A stretch of 64,000 bases of DNA from an uncultured candidate division Zixibacteria bacterium (GTDB lineage: Bacteria > Zixibacteria > MSB-5A5 > RBG-16-43-9). Below, piece after piece: positions 34,843 through 44,997 of the stretch. Each line of letters begins with the position of its first letter. The first letter of the stretch is position 1. The notes beneath the pieces are model-generated. The model saw only the letters and a program-made list of their open reading frames with translations. It searched no databases and was not told the origin of the DNA. The stretch spans positions 455,922-519,921 of the forward strand of contig OY970208.1 in NCBI GenBank assembly GCA_963713865.1, written 5' to 3'. A program made the position numbers and the translations under genes.

Positions 34843-37464
34843 TCAATGCACTCCATAAACCATCTTTTTAATTATCTCCGGGATACTGGATAATGCAAAA
34901 TCCAATTTGTTTATATCTTTTCCTCCTGCCTGGGCTAAATGGGGTTTTCCTCCACCACTCCCACCGGTAAGTTTTGCCACTTCTTTTACGATTTCACCAG
35001 CCTTAATCCCCTTTTTAACCAAATCATCTGTCACTACAACCACGAAAGAAATTTTATCTTCTAAGACAGTTGCAAAAACTCCAACTGAGGATTTTAGATT
35101 TTCCCTGAGCGCATCTGCCAGGTTCAATAAGTATTCTCTGTTCCCCTTTTCATCTTTGTATGATATTATCTTTATACCCTCTAAGTCAAAGGCATTCTGA
35201 TATAACTCTTTAATTTTATCCTTGGCACTTACTGCTTCTGCTACTTTTACTTTCTTCTCCATCTCTTTACTGGATTCTAAAAGCTTAGTCACCTTTGTCC
35301 CTAAATCCTCTTTGTTAACCTTGAGGATAGCGGAGAGCTCCTCTAATGTTTTTTCTTCTTTTTTAATCAGCCCATAAGCACCTTTACCGGTAACTGCCTC
35401 AACCCTTCTCACCCCTGTAGCAATACTACTTTCGGAGATTATCCTGAACAAACCAATTTCTCCTGTGGCTTTGACATGAGTTCCACCACAAAGCTCTCTT
35501 GAATCATCTATCTGAACGACCCTGACTGTATCCTCATATTTCTCCCCGAACAAAGCCATTGCTCCGAGCTTTTTTGCCTCATTCAAGCTGGTGTTGAAGG
35601 TTTTGACTTCTAAGTTCTCCCAGATTTTCTGGTTAACCTTATATTCTATCTTTTCTATTTCCTCCTCAGTTAAATCCTTAAAATGAGTGAAATCGAACCT
35701 GAATCCATCTTGACTTACCAAAGACCCTGCCTGATGAACGTGTTCCCCTAAGGTTTCCCTCAGAGCTTTATGTAAAAGATGAGTGGCAGTATGATTTCGC
35801 ATTGTAGATTTGCGTCTTTCAGAATCTATCTCAGCAAAAACATTTTTACCTATCTGTTTACTAATATCTCCCTTTTTTACTTCCCCTAAATGAATGATAT
35901 GACTTCCCTGCTTAATAACCTGTTTAACCACAAATTCGAAATCTTCATTTTTTATCACACCAGTGTCGGCTATTTGCCCTCCAGCTAATGCATAGAAAGG
36001 TGTTTTATCCAAGACTAACCCTTTACCATCATCAGAAATTAATAAGATTTTAGATTCTTTTGTCGAAAAACTTTCATGTCCCGTGAAATCAGTTGATGAC
36101 ACAGAAGAAACTATAACTTTAGGAAAACCAAAGGATTCGGAGGAAGGAATGCCAAAAGGTTGTATTTTTGATCTTTCTCTTTGTTTTTCCAATTCTTTTT
36201 TAAAACTTTCCATATCCACAGAAAGATTTTTTTCTTTTGCCATCACCTGAGTAAGATCAATCGGAAAGCCATAAGTGTCATAAAGCTTGAAGGCTTCTTC
36301 ACCAGGGATTACTTTTTCTCCTTTTTTTATTACCTTCTCTGCGACCTCTTCAAAAAGCTCAATACCTGAATCAAGGGTTTCGCCGAACCTTTCCTCTTCT
36401 GATTTTATCACTAGGGAGATATGGTTTTTCTTAGCCTCAAGCTCCGGATAAGCCTTACCCATCAACTTCACCACCACATCTGAGAGTTCGGACAAAAAAG
36501 GTTTATGTAAATCCAAAGGCCTGCCGTGGCGTGCGGCTCTTCTCAGGATTCGTCTTATGACATAGCCCCTTCCTTCATTTGAGGGGATGGCACCGTCTGC
36601 TATAGCAAAGCTCAAAGCCCGGACATGGTCTGCTATTACCTGAAACGAGTCAGAGTGAGCCGATTTCTTATATTTTTGTCCGGAGATTTCCTCTGTTTTT
36701 TTGATTATGGGTTGAAAAAGGTCAGTATCGTAATTTGAATCTACGTTCTGCAAAAGTGCAGTTAATCTCTCAAAACCCATTCCGGTGTCAATGGTTTTGG
36801 AAGGTAAATCGGTCAGTTTTCCATTTTCGTCCCTATAATATTGCATAAAGACTAAATTCCAGATCTCGATTACCCTGCCGCACCCGCAGTTCACTCCGCA
36901 GTCAGGCTTGGAACAGGCATATTCTTTTCCCCGGTCATAATGAATCTCCGAGTCGGGTCCGCAGGGACCAACTTCTGCCATCTCCCAGAAATTCTCCTTC
37001 TCATCAAACCTTAAAACCCTTCCTTTTTTGATATCCGTATTCTCATACCATAATTTCTCGGCCTCATCGTCTTCTATGAAAACAGTTGCCCAAAGCTTTT
37101 CCTTTGGTAGCTTGCACACTTCGGTCAAAAACTCCCAGGCATAGATTATGGCTTCTTTCTTGAAGTAGTCTCCAAAAGACCAGTTGCCCAGCATCTCGAA
37201 AAAAGTATGGTGATGGGTGTCTTTCCCCACTTCTTCCAGATCGTTGTGTTTTCCTGAGACCCGGATACATTTCTGAGAAGAGGCAGCTTTTTTGAAATCC
37301 TTTTTCTCCAGTCCCAGGATGAGTTTTTTGAACTGGTTCATCCCCGCATTGATGAAAAACAGAGTCGGATCGTCCTGCGGAATCAAGGAAGAGCTGGGAA
37401 CGATCTTATGCCCCCTTTCTTCAAAATATTTTAAAAATTTTTCTCTGATCTCCGTACTTTTCAT
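34843..37464 (-). CDS. alaS: Alanine--tRNA ligase
   Basis: 873 aa. HHTFFEMLGNWSFGDYFK, editing-domain HTATHLLH...CGGTH and a C-terminal DHHA1-like GGGKPHLAQAGG. Confidence 0.95.
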   Translation of the reverse strand: MKSTEIREKFLKYFEERGHKIVPSSSLIPQDDPTLFFINAGMNQFKKLILGLEKKDFKKAASSQKCIRVSGKHNDLEEVGKDTHHHTFFEMLGNWSFGDYFKKEAIIYAWEFLTEVCKLPKEKLWATVFIEDDEAEKLWYENTDIKKGRVLRFDEKENFWEMAEVGPCGPDSEIHYDRGKEYACSKPDCGVNCGCGRVIEIWNLVFMQYYRDENGKLTDLPSKTIDTGMGFERLTALLQNVDSNYDTDLFQPIIKKTEEISGQKYKKSAHSDSFQVIADHVRALSFAIADGAIPSNEGRGYVIRRILRRAARHGRPLDLHKPFLSELSDVVVKLMGKAYPELEAKKNHISLVIKSEEERFGETLDSGIELFEEVAEKVIKKGEKVIPGEEAFKLYDTYGFPIDLTQVMAKEKNLSVDMESFKKELEKQRERSKIQPFGIPSSESFGFPKVIVSSVSSTDFTGHESFSTKESKILLISDDGKGLVLDKTPFYALAGGQIADTGVIKNEDFEFVVKQVIKQGSHIIHLGEVKKGDISKQIGKNVFAEIDSERRKSTMRNHTATHLLHKALRETLGEHVHQAGSLVSQDGFRFDFTHFKDLTEEEIEKIEYKVNQKIWENLEVKTFNTSLNEAKKLGAMALFGEKYEDTVRVVQIDDSRELCGGTHVKATGEIGLFRIISESSIATGVRRVEAVTGKGAYGLIKKEEKTLEELSAILKVNKEDLGTKVTKLLESSKEMEKKVKVAEAVSAKDKIKELYQNAFDLEGIKIISYKDEKGNREYLLNLADALRENLKSSVGVFATVLEDKISFVVVVTDDLVKKGIKAGEIVKEVAKLTGGSGGGKPHLAQAGGKDINKLDFALSSIPEIIKKMVYGVH

Positions 37465-37491
37465 ATCATTTTAATTAGTTAAAACTATATT

Positions 37492-37543
37492 GGAGTATAA
37501 ACCCTTAGGTTTATAAAAAGGTAAAGCTAAAGTTTTACACTCC
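37492..37543. repeat. GGAGTGTAAAC...GCTTTACACTCC element, copy C (52 bp)
   Basis: GGAGTATAAACCCTTAGGTTTAT-AAAAAG-GTAAAGCTAAAGTTTTACACTCC. Supplies the stop of recX. Confidence 0.8.
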
Positions 37544-38191
37544 AGCATTTTCTTCTGAAACCTCCACATCTTCTATTTTTAATACCTCTTTAACAATCTC
37601 ATACGAAAAACCTCTTCTTAATAAGAAACTCATCATTCTTCTTTTAGCAACATTTTTATTCAGGTTTTCATATCTTTTCTTTCTTTTCTCTAAAAGCTTT
37701 TTAGCTAAATTTAACTCCTCGTCTTCGTCTTCAAAATAATCCTTCAGGACTTTTTCGATAATCTCTTCTTTTATCCCTTTTTTCCACAACTCCTGTTTCA
37801 AAAGGGTCCTACCACGAGGTTTATTCGAGATCCTATCTCTTATCCAGGCAGAGGTAAATTCATAGTCGTCGAGCAGATTTACCCTTTTTAAATCTCCTAT
37901 CACCTCATCAATTATATCCCGTGCGAACTCTTTTTTCTTTAGCTTATCCCTGACCTCTTTTTCGCTTCTCATCCGGTAAGATAAGAATTTCAGTGCTGCA
38001 TCTTTCGACTCTTTTTTTACCTCAGACTTAAGTATCTGGTCAATTTCCTTCTGGTTAAGCTCCTCCCCAATTTTTAACCCATATTTATATAAAACCTCTT
38101 CATCCAGACCAAAGGCAAACTCTCCATCTAAAAAAATTGATCTTCTTTTAGGGTTTTTCTTCTGGGGTTCTATTTTGGTTATGCGTGGCAT
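37535..38191 (-). CDS. recX: RecA regulator RecX
   Basis: 218 aa, repeated helical RecX-like pattern. Immediately downstream of recA. Confidence 0.75.
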   Translation of the reverse strand: MPRITKIEPQKKNPKRRSIFLDGEFAFGLDEEVLYKYGLKIGEELNQKEIDQILKSEVKKESKDAALKFLSYRMRSEKEVRDKLKKKEFARDIIDEVIGDLKRVNLLDDYEFTSAWIRDRISNKPRGRTLLKQELWKKGIKEEIIEKVLKDYFEDEDEELNLAKKLLEKRKKRYENLNKNVAKRRMMSFLLRRGFSYEIVKEVLKIEDVEVSEENAGV

Positions 38192-38219
38192 CCTGAAAAG
38201 GTTTAAAGATAATCCACTC

Positions 38220-39275
38220 CTATTTCCCTTTATGTTTTACGATCTCCTCCGGTTCTTTTTCTTCTGCTTTTGTTTTAAGATTCAGCTCTTTCTTTAGATC
38301 CTGTTCTATCTTCTCTGCAATATCCGGATTATCCTTCAAGAGCTGTTTGGCATTATCCCTTCCCTGACCCAATCTTTCGTCTTTATAAGATAGCCAGGTC
38401 CCGCTTTTCTCTAAGACTTTATGTTCTACACCCAAATCGATCAGCTCCCCTTCCCTGGAGATACCTTTCCCGTAGATTATATCAAACTCTGCCTCTTTAA
38501 AAGGAGGGGCAACTTTATTTTTTACTACCCGGACTCTGGTTCTGGAGCCGGTTATATTTTCTCCTTCTTTTATGGAGGCGATCTTCCTTATATCCAGCCT
38601 GATTGAGGAATAAAATTTCAAGGCGATTCCGCCAGTGGTAGTTTCCGGGTTTCCGAACATAACCCCGATCTTCATCCTGATCTGGTTTATAAAGATCACA
38701 CAGGTTCTGGATTTACTTATTGTTCCGGTAAGTTTCCTCAAAGCCTGGGACATAAGCCTTGCTTGAAGTCCCATGTGCGAATCTCCCATCTCCCCTTCAA
38801 TTTCTGCTTTGGGGACTAGTGCGGCAACTGAGTCAATGACGATTATATCGACAGCTCCGCTTCTAACCAAAGTCTCAGTGATCTCTAAGGATTGTTCTCC
38901 GGTATCAGGCTGGGAGATTAAAAGATTATCTATATCCACACCTAAGGCTTTGGCATAATTCGGATCTAAAGCATGTTCTGCATCTACAAAAGCGGCAACC
39001 CCTCCTGCTTTCTGAGCCTCTGATAGGATATGCAGAGCTAAAGTAGTCTTGCCAGATGCTTCTGGACCGAAAATTTCTACCACTCTCCCTCGTGGAACAC
39101 CTCCAACACCTAAGGCAGAATCTAAGGTAATCGAACCGGTGGAAATCACCGGAATAGATATCCCCAAGCTCTCACTTCCCAATCTCATTATGGAGCCTTT
39201 GCCAAACTGCCTTTCTATCTGGGTAACGGCCTGGTCCAGTGCTTTTTTCTTCTCATCTGATTGATGCATGGTCAT
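38220..39275 (-). CDS. recA: Recombinase RecA
   Basis: [22 protein letters not shown] and Walker [16 protein letters not shown] 39275 is preceded by GAGGA. Confidence 0.95.
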   Translation of the reverse strand: MTMHQSDEKKKALDQAVTQIERQFGKGSIMRLGSESLGISIPVISTGSITLDSALGVGGVPRGRVVEIFGPEASGKTTLALHILSEAQKAGGVAAFVDAEHALDPNYAKALGVDIDNLLISQPDTGEQSLEITETLVRSGAVDIIVIDSVAALVPKAEIEGEMGDSHMGLQARLMSQALRKLTGTISKSRTCVIFINQIRMKIGVMFGNPETTTGGIALKFYSSIRLDIRKIASIKEGENITGSRTRVRVVKNKVAPPFKEAEFDIIYGKGISREGELIDLGVEHKVLEKSGTWLSYKDERLGQGRDNAKQLLKDNPDIAEKIEQDLKKELNLKTKAEEKEPEEIVKHKGK

Positions 39276-39295
39276 ATTTTCCTCACTTTCTAAAT

Positions 39296-39853
39296 TCAAG
39301 TAAAAAGATTTATTTTCTTGAGAGGCGTATAGATTGCGCCGGCTGGATAAAGCTCGGATTTCATTACCACCACCTCTTTGATTTCGATCTCCTCAGTTTG
39401 GAAACTTGTGTTTTTGATAAGCTCAGTAAGTTTATCAATATTTTTAGGAGATTTGACCCTGCCAATAGTTAAATGAGGGGAGAATTCCCTGTCTTCTTTT
39501 GGAAAACCTATCTTTCCCATCTCATCTTCAATCTTTTTTTGCAGCAGGGATAATTCCTGTTTTCCTTTATCAACCCCTATCCATACCACCCTGGGTCTTT
39601 TCATATTCGGGAAACAGCCTAAATCCTTCAAACTTAATTTGAAAACTTTCATTCCTTCTAAAGCTGTTTTTGTCCCTTCAAAAACCTTTTCGATTTTTTC
39701 TACCGGAACCTCTCCTAAGAATTTTAAGGTTGCATGCACGTTTCCTGGCTTTACCCAGGATACATCGGTGCTGATCCTCTTAAGAGGATTCTGCAGTTCC
39801 TCGATTTTTTTCTTCAGGTCTGCTATAAGCTCAACTGCTACAAAGGTACGCAT
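39296..39853 (-). CDS. thpR: RNA 2',3'-cyclic phosphodiesterase (2H family, ThpR/LigT)
   Basis: Two HxTx motifs: HATLKFLG and HLTIGRV. Start set at MRTFVAVEL. The longer ORF N-terminus crosses the hairpin at 39918-39944. Confidence 0.8.
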   Translation of the reverse strand: MRTFVAVELIADLKKKIEELQNPLKRISTDVSWVKPGNVHATLKFLGEVPVEKIEKVFEGTKTALEGMKVFKLSLKDLGCFPNMKRPRVVWIGVDKGKQELSLLQKKIEDEMGKIGFPKEDREFSPHLTIGRVKSPKNIDKLTELIKNTSFQTEEIEIKEVVVMKSELYPAGAIYTPLKKINLFT

Positions 39854-39957
39854 TTTATTTAACCTTTGAAATGCATTGACCGAGCCAATGCTTTTATCCT
39901 CTATGGTGGTTCCTTTTGTAGGGGCGTATTGCAATACCCCCTACTGCTCTAAAATTT

Positions 39958-41193
39958 TTATTTTAACATAAAAAGTCTCACTAAATTCAAAGCCGCCTGG
40001 GCGGTTCTCTCTCTTATCGCCTGTCTATCTCCTCCGAAAACGAATTTTTTAGCAAAGGAATCGTTCTCGTGAGCAAACCCGACATAAACCAAGCCAACCG
40101 GTTTTTCCTCTGATCCTCCAGTAGGTCCTGCAATGCCGGTGGCAGATAGACCATAATCAGTATTTGAGATTTTCTTTACCCCTTCTGCCATTAAGATTGC
40201 CACCTGCTCGCTAACTGCGCCGTATTTTTCTATGATCTCTTTTGGAATCTTTAAAAGCTCGATTTTAGCTTCATTGGTATAGGCTATCACACCGCTTATG
40301 AAATAGTTTGAGCTTCCGGAAATATTGGTGAGTTTTGTTCCGATTAACCCTCCAGTGCAGGATTCAGCTAGTGAGATGGTCTTCTTCCTACTCTGGAGTG
40401 ATTTTCCTAGAACTTCTTCTAAGGTCTCCTGGTCTATTCCGTAAATATATTCATTCAAAATTTCCCTGACCCTTTGCTCTATATCCAAAATATTTTTATG
40501 GGCTAACTCTTCGGTCTCAGATGTGATTCTCAGTTTGAGGTCTACTCCGGAAAAACCTGGTAAAAAACCGATTCTTACCGGGCTTTTAAGTTTTAAAATC
40601 GGCTCTATTTTTTCATATATAGCTGACTCAACTATGCCCGTGGTTCTTAAGACCTTTTGCAGGGTGAATTTCTTAGTGGATTTTGATTTCAAAAAAGGTA
40701 AAATCTCGTTTTCAAAAATAGTCTTCATCTCCAGAGGGACACCGGGAAGAGCAAAGAACAGCTTTTTCCCTTCCTGGATAAATATCCCTGGAGCCGAGCC
40801 ATACTGGTTAGACAGAGCCTTTGCTCCCTGTGGTAGAAGGGCTTGATTCTGGTTGATCTTGGGCATCTCGATCCCCCTTTTCTTGAACCCTTCCTCCACT
40901 TTCTTTAAGATATCCTCGTGAAAGACCAGATTCCTTTTGAAAGCTTTGACTATACCTTTTTTAGACAGGTCATCATTGGTTGGTCCAAGACCCCCGGTAG
41001 CGATAACCAGATCCACCCTTTCCAGGCTAAGTTTGATAGCCTCGATTATCCTTTTTAAATCATCACCCACTGAAGTCTTAAAAGCCACCTCAATCCCCAG
41101 GCCAGAAAGTCTATCTCCAAGGAAGGCTGAGTTGGAATCTAATATCTCTCCGTGGATTATCTCATCTCCAATCGTAATTATCTCTGCTTTCAT
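39958..41193 (-). CDS. cinA: Competence/damage-inducible protein CinA (MoCF-like N-domain plus nicotinamide-nucleotide amidase domain)
   Basis: MKAEIITIGDEI...TGGLGPTNDD N-domain. C-terminal LAESCTGGL...GPTGGS. Confidence 0.85.
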   Translation of the reverse strand: MKAEIITIGDEIIHGEILDSNSAFLGDRLSGLGIEVAFKTSVGDDLKRIIEAIKLSLERVDLVIATGGLGPTNDDLSKKGIVKAFKRNLVFHEDILKKVEEGFKKRGIEMPKINQNQALLPQGAKALSNQYGSAPGIFIQEGKKLFFALPGVPLEMKTIFENEILPFLKSKSTKKFTLQKVLRTTGIVESAIYEKIEPILKLKSPVRIGFLPGFSGVDLKLRITSETEELAHKNILDIEQRVREILNEYIYGIDQETLEEVLGKSLQSRKKTISLAESCTGGLIGTKLTNISGSSNYFISGVIAYTNEAKIELLKIPKEIIEKYGAVSEQVAILMAEGVKKISNTDYGLSATGIAGPTGGSEEKPVGLVYVGFAHENDSFAKKFVFGGDRQAIRERTAQAALNLVRLFMLK

Positions 41194-41680
41194 AGCTTTA
41201 AAATCCTCGCGTAGATTAAAACATGCATAATGATGTTAGTATAAATCCCGGCTACAACATCATCTAAGGTTACCCCTAAACCACCTTTAAGTTTTTGACA
41301 GGCATTAGCTGGAGGTGGTTTTATAATATCCAATAACCTGAAAATTACAAAAGCTAATATATATAAAAAAGTTCTTTTTGGCAAAAACAAAAAAGAAATT
41401 AACATCCCACAGCTTTCGTCGATTACTATCCTTCGATCATCCTCCCCGAAAAATCTTTCCACCTCAGTTGCAGACCATAAACTGATAATGAAAACTATAA
41501 GAGTGATCCGCCTAAAAGATAAAAGTTCTCAGGTATAAAAAACCAAACCAGGATGAGGGTTAGAAGGCTTCCCCAGGTTCCGGGGAATGGTGGTAAATAT
41601 CCTGCCCCCAAAAGAGTGGCAAGGAGAACCTGGATTCGCCGAATTAGACCCAGGCGGATTTTAAGTTTGTCCGACTCTAT
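41190..41680 (-). pseudogene. pgpA: Phosphatidylglycerophosphatase A interrupted by a 1-nt frameshift (possible sequence error); start codon not identified
   Basis: One frame gives ...RRIQVLLATLLGAGYLPPFPGTWGSLLTLILVWFFIPENFYLLGGSLL-stop. Shifting one base near 41496-41503 continues IVFIISLWSATEVERFFGEDDRRIVIDE...LDDVVAGIY, which is the ORF-track piece 41190-41462. Confidence 0.7.
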
Positions 41681-42264
41681 TTTAACACCCCTTTCAGCAA
41701 TGGGATATTTTTCACCAGGTAATCTATTCCGGTTCCTAAAGTCAAAAGCATACTGATAAAGACTAAAAGGTCGAATATTTTAAAGACCATCGGGCTGGTA
41801 AAAAAACTCCAGTTATATCCTAAAGGGACCATAGTGGTTTTCAGATTTGTGAAGATTAAGATTATGCTGATAACTAACATCTGGGAAAAGGTCTTCACCT
41901 GTGCCAGAACAGTAGGCATAATCACCATACCCTTATATGCGGCTAAGCTCCGCAACCCGGTGATAAAAAACTCCCTGACGATTATCACCAAAATCATCCA
42001 GGCTTTAACGTAGCCTAAAGCCACAAAAGAGATAAAAGCAGTTGAGACCAGGATTTTATCAGCTAAGGGATCCATAAACTTCCCGAAACCGGTTACCACT
42101 CCGTATTTTCTGGCAATGTACCCATCATAAAGATCAGTTAATGCTGCAAATAAGAATATAATAGTGGCAAAATAGCGGGAATAGACATTATTTACCAGAA
42201 AGAAGACCATAAATACCGGTGAAAGCAGAATCCGGGCTATGGTAAGTTTATTGGGTAAATTCAT
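41677..42264 (-). CDS. pgsA: CDP-diacylglycerol--glycerol-3-phosphate 3-phosphatidyltransferase
   Basis: CDP-alcohol phosphatidyltransferase motif DLYDGYIARKYGVVTGFGKFMDPLADKIL. Confidence 0.85.
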   Translation of the reverse strand: MNLPNKLTIARILLSPVFMVFFLVNNVYSRYFATIIFLFAALTDLYDGYIARKYGVVTGFGKFMDPLADKILVSTAFISFVALGYVKAWMILVIIVREFFITGLRSLAAYKGMVIMPTVLAQVKTFSQMLVISIILIFTNLKTTMVPLGYNWSFFTSPMVFKIFDLLVFISMLLTLGTGIDYLVKNIPLLKGVLK

Positions 42265-42286
42265 TTTTCTTTAGTAGTTGTTTGTA

Positions 42287-42506
42287 GGGACAGAACACTG
42301 TTCTGTCCCTATATTACTGTGACCCCAAAAAGGTCGCACTCAATAGTTGTGTCAGGAACTCCTGACGAAACAATACAGGTTTGGTAAATTTAACTTTCTT
42401 AGCCTTCTCAGTCAACAAAAAACCGCTTTTGGGAATTTAGCTGGTAGTAACAGAACACTATCCTGACTTTGAGATATTCACTTTTGCGACCACGCAAGGG
42501 TCGTAC
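42287..42506. repeat. Cluster of REP-like hairpins
   Basis: GGGACAGAACACTGTTCTGTCCC (42287-42309), GTGACC...GGTCGCAC (42319-42339), GTCAGGAACTCCTGAC (42351-42366) and GCGACCACGCAAGGGTCGTAC (42486-42506). Confidence 0.75.
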
Positions 42507-43054
42507 TACGAATGGCAGACTTTGAGATAATCGAAATTCCAATCCCCCACAGAATCCCGTAAAAAGCACCAGCTAAAACATCAAGGGGATAATGCACCCC
42601 TACATAGATGCGGGAGAAAGAGACCAAAAGTGCAATGGACAGCCAGATAATCCAGAACCCTCCTGTAAAAAAAAGTCAAAATTGTACCAGCTCCGAAGAT
42701 ATTAGCCGCATGAGAGGAGGGGAAGGAGCCGGAGTGGGAACATCCGGCTAAAAGATGAACTTCGGAAAAAACATTGCAGGGTCTGACTCTGCCAATCCAG
42801 GATTTGAGCCAGAGATTCACCGAAGCATCGGTTATTCCCAGGATGATCAAAAGTAAAATCGCACATATTTTTTCCTTTTTTCTGCCGAAGATAAGCATTG
42901 CCAGTATAATCAAGATAAATGGAATTCTCCAGTATTTAAACTCAGTTAAAACCGGCATCAAGAAATCAAAAAACCCATTCTGCAGTTTCAGATTGATAAA
43001 AAGAAAAAGCTCTTTATCCAGCTTGGTTAAAAAATCTATCAGTGCAGTAAACAT
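42478..43054 (-). pseudogene. PAP2-family phosphatase interrupted by a frameshift in an A8/T8 homopolymer
   Basis: Motifs KSWIGRVRP and PSSH are in the ORF-track frame. The third motif SRIYVGVHYPLDV is in another frame downstream of the run at 42667-42674. Confidence 0.7.
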
Positions 43055-43066
43055 AATCTCATTTCC

Positions 43067-43170
43067 GTCATTGCGAGGAGTCCCTACCAGGGGCTACGAA
43101 GCAATCCGCCCGTGACAGAGTAAAGGGATTGCTTCGTTCTCCCGCATATTGCGGGATCGCTCGCAAAGAC
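43067..43170. repeat. Compound palindromic element GTCATTGCGAGG...CTCGCAAAGAC (104 bp), copy 3 (divergent)
   Basis: Outer imperfect inverted repeat plus inner hairpins GAAGCAATCC...GGATTGCTTC and CCCGCATATTGCGGG. Confidence 0.7.
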
Positions 43171-43189
43171 AGTTTGTGATATTGAAGTG

Positions 43190-44143
43190 TCATACTTCGC
43201 GAAGCGAAGTATCCCTTCGTCTTCTCAGAAAATTCTCCACTTCTTTTAAACTCGGTATCCCTTCTCTGCCACCTAATTTCCTGCATTTCAAAGCCGCGCA
43301 GGCAGAGGCGAATTCGATAATCTTTTCCATTTTCCATTTTCTTAATAACCCGAAGATAAATGCTCCGTGAAAAACATCTCCTGCCCCGGTGGTGTCGACT
43401 ACATCAATCTTAAATCCCGGAAAATAGTTTACCTTCAGAGAATCGGTCCACAAACATCCTTTTTCAGATAATGTGGTGACCACACATTTGAATCCAATCT
43501 TTTTCAATCTTAAACAAGCCTGACTTAAATCCTTAAGTTTAGTATAATCATAAGCAAATTTCCTGGAAACAACTAAATAATCCACGTAAGGAAAAAGGGA
43601 TTCTATATTTTCTCTCAGGCTGCCTAAGTCCAATATGACCTCAGAACCGTCCTTTCTCGCTTTTTTAGCCAGGGAAATATTTGCTTCTATGTCTCTACCA
43701 TCCAGATGAAGATATTTGAACGAAACTTCTTTCAAAAAGGAAAGCTCCTCTGGTTTAATCGGGCTCATCTTTGTTCGGTCCAAAGCTACAGTCCTTTTGC
43801 CGCTGTTTTTATCCACCCAGATGAAAGCTTTCAAGCTTTTCACTTTTTTATCCACGATTAAGTAATCTGTATTGACTTTAAACTTTTCCAACTCGGAACA
43901 GATGAGTTTCCCTTCATAATCGTCTCCGACCTTTCCCGCAAAAGCTGCTTTTGCACCTAATTTTGTCAGAGTTGCCATTGCGGTTGGAACAGGGCCACCT
44001 CCCTGAACTGAAGAGACTTCTACATCGATTTTTTCATCCAGTCCCGGATAAGGGTCTAATATGGAAAGGTAATCCAAAGCACAGATTCCAAAGCCCAGGC
44101 AATCCCATAAGGGATCCGTAGGATCAAAATCAAATTTTTTCAA
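43190..44143 (-). CDS. PfkB-family carbohydrate/nucleoside kinase
   Basis: Ribokinase-like fold signature DTTGAGDVFHGAF. Confidence 0.75.
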   Translation of the reverse strand: MKKFDFDPTDPLWDCLGFGICALDYLSILDPYPGLDEKIDVEVSSVQGGGPVPTAMATLTKLGAKAAFAGKVGDDYEGKLICSELEKFKVNTDYLIVDKKVKSLKAFIWVDKNSGKRTVALDRTKMSPIKPEELSFLKEVSFKYLHLDGRDIEANISLAKKARKDGSEVILDLGSLRENIESLFPYVDYLVVSRKFAYDYTKLKDLSQACLRLKKIGFKCVVTTLSEKGCLWTDSLKVNYFPGFKIDVVDTTGAGDVFHGAFIFGLLRKWKMEKIIEFASACAALKCRKLGGREGIPSLKEVENFLRRRRDTSLREV

Positions 44144-44768
44144 ACTCGATTTCTCCTCTGGTATTGTTCTTTAACTCATTCTGTAGTCTTGAAAAGACTC
44201 CTTTGTTAAAATCTATTTCCATTCTTGCTCTGTCTCCGAAAGCTAATTTTTTGACTTTGACTTTTTCTCTATTTAGGACCTTTTGAACCTGATCATAAAA
44301 TTCTTTTGGGAAAATTAAGATGAGTCTTTCTCTGTTTTCTTTTTTGATTAGAATACAGCTTTTTAAAACCTTTAAGGCGCTTTCATAATATGCCCTGGAA
44401 AGGCCACCGGTGCCTAATTTTATCCCACCGAAATAACGGGTAACTACTACTAAAATATCTTTTAAATTCTGTGACTTAATAGCAGATAAAATTTGTTTCC
44501 CCGCAGTTCCGGAAGGTTCGCGGTCATCGCTGGATTTTGAAATCTCTCTTTCTGAGATAACATAGGCATACGGGTTATGGGTGGCATCGTGAAATTCTCT
44601 TCTTATCTTTTCAAGAAATGTCTTAGCCTCTTCTTCCGAATTTACCGGTATGGCCGAGGCAATAAACTTAGAACCTTTGATTAGAAGTTTATCCCTGCTG
44701 GATCCCTTGATACTGAGACATTCATTCCGATTTTGGGTCCGAAGGATCGGATTTCTTATTTCCTTCAA
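44130..44768 (-). CDS. yigZ: YigZ/IMPACT-family protein
   Basis: KGSKFIASAIPV, HDATHNPYAYV, DDREPSGTAG and TRYFGGIKLGTGGL. Confidence 0.75.
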   Translation of the reverse strand: MKEIRNPILRTQNRNECLSIKGSSRDKLLIKGSKFIASAIPVNSEEEAKTFLEKIRREFHDATHNPYAYVISEREISKSSDDREPSGTAGKQILSAIKSQNLKDILVVVTRYFGGIKLGTGGLSRAYYESALKVLKSCILIKKENRERLILIFPKEFYDQVQKVLNREKVKVKKLAFGDRARMEIDFNKGVFSRLQNELKNNTRGEIEFEKI

Positions 44769-44997
44769 TTTTTTTCTCCATGTATTGCTGGATTAATCTT
44801 TTGAATCTGCTCCCGTAGATTAAATCGAATTTCACCATATCATCCGGTATCAGTGATTCTGCTTTTAACCTTACCAGGGCGGCTTCCTTTTTAGCCTCCC
44901 CTAAGGTCAACTCCCCACTTCTGATTTTTTCGCAGGCTTCATCCACAATTTTTTTAAGCTTCTTTATTTTCTCATCAGAGTTAAGATACTCTTTCAT
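44722..44997 (-). CDS. Hypothetical small helical protein
   Basis: 91-aa ORF between dprA and yigZ, overlapping both by a few nt. No family recognised. Confidence 0.45.
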   Translation of the reverse strand: MKEYLNSDEKIKKLKKIVDEACEKIRSGELTLGEAKKEAALVRLKAESLIPDDMVKFDLIYGSRFKRLIQQYMEKKIEGNKKSDPSDPKSE

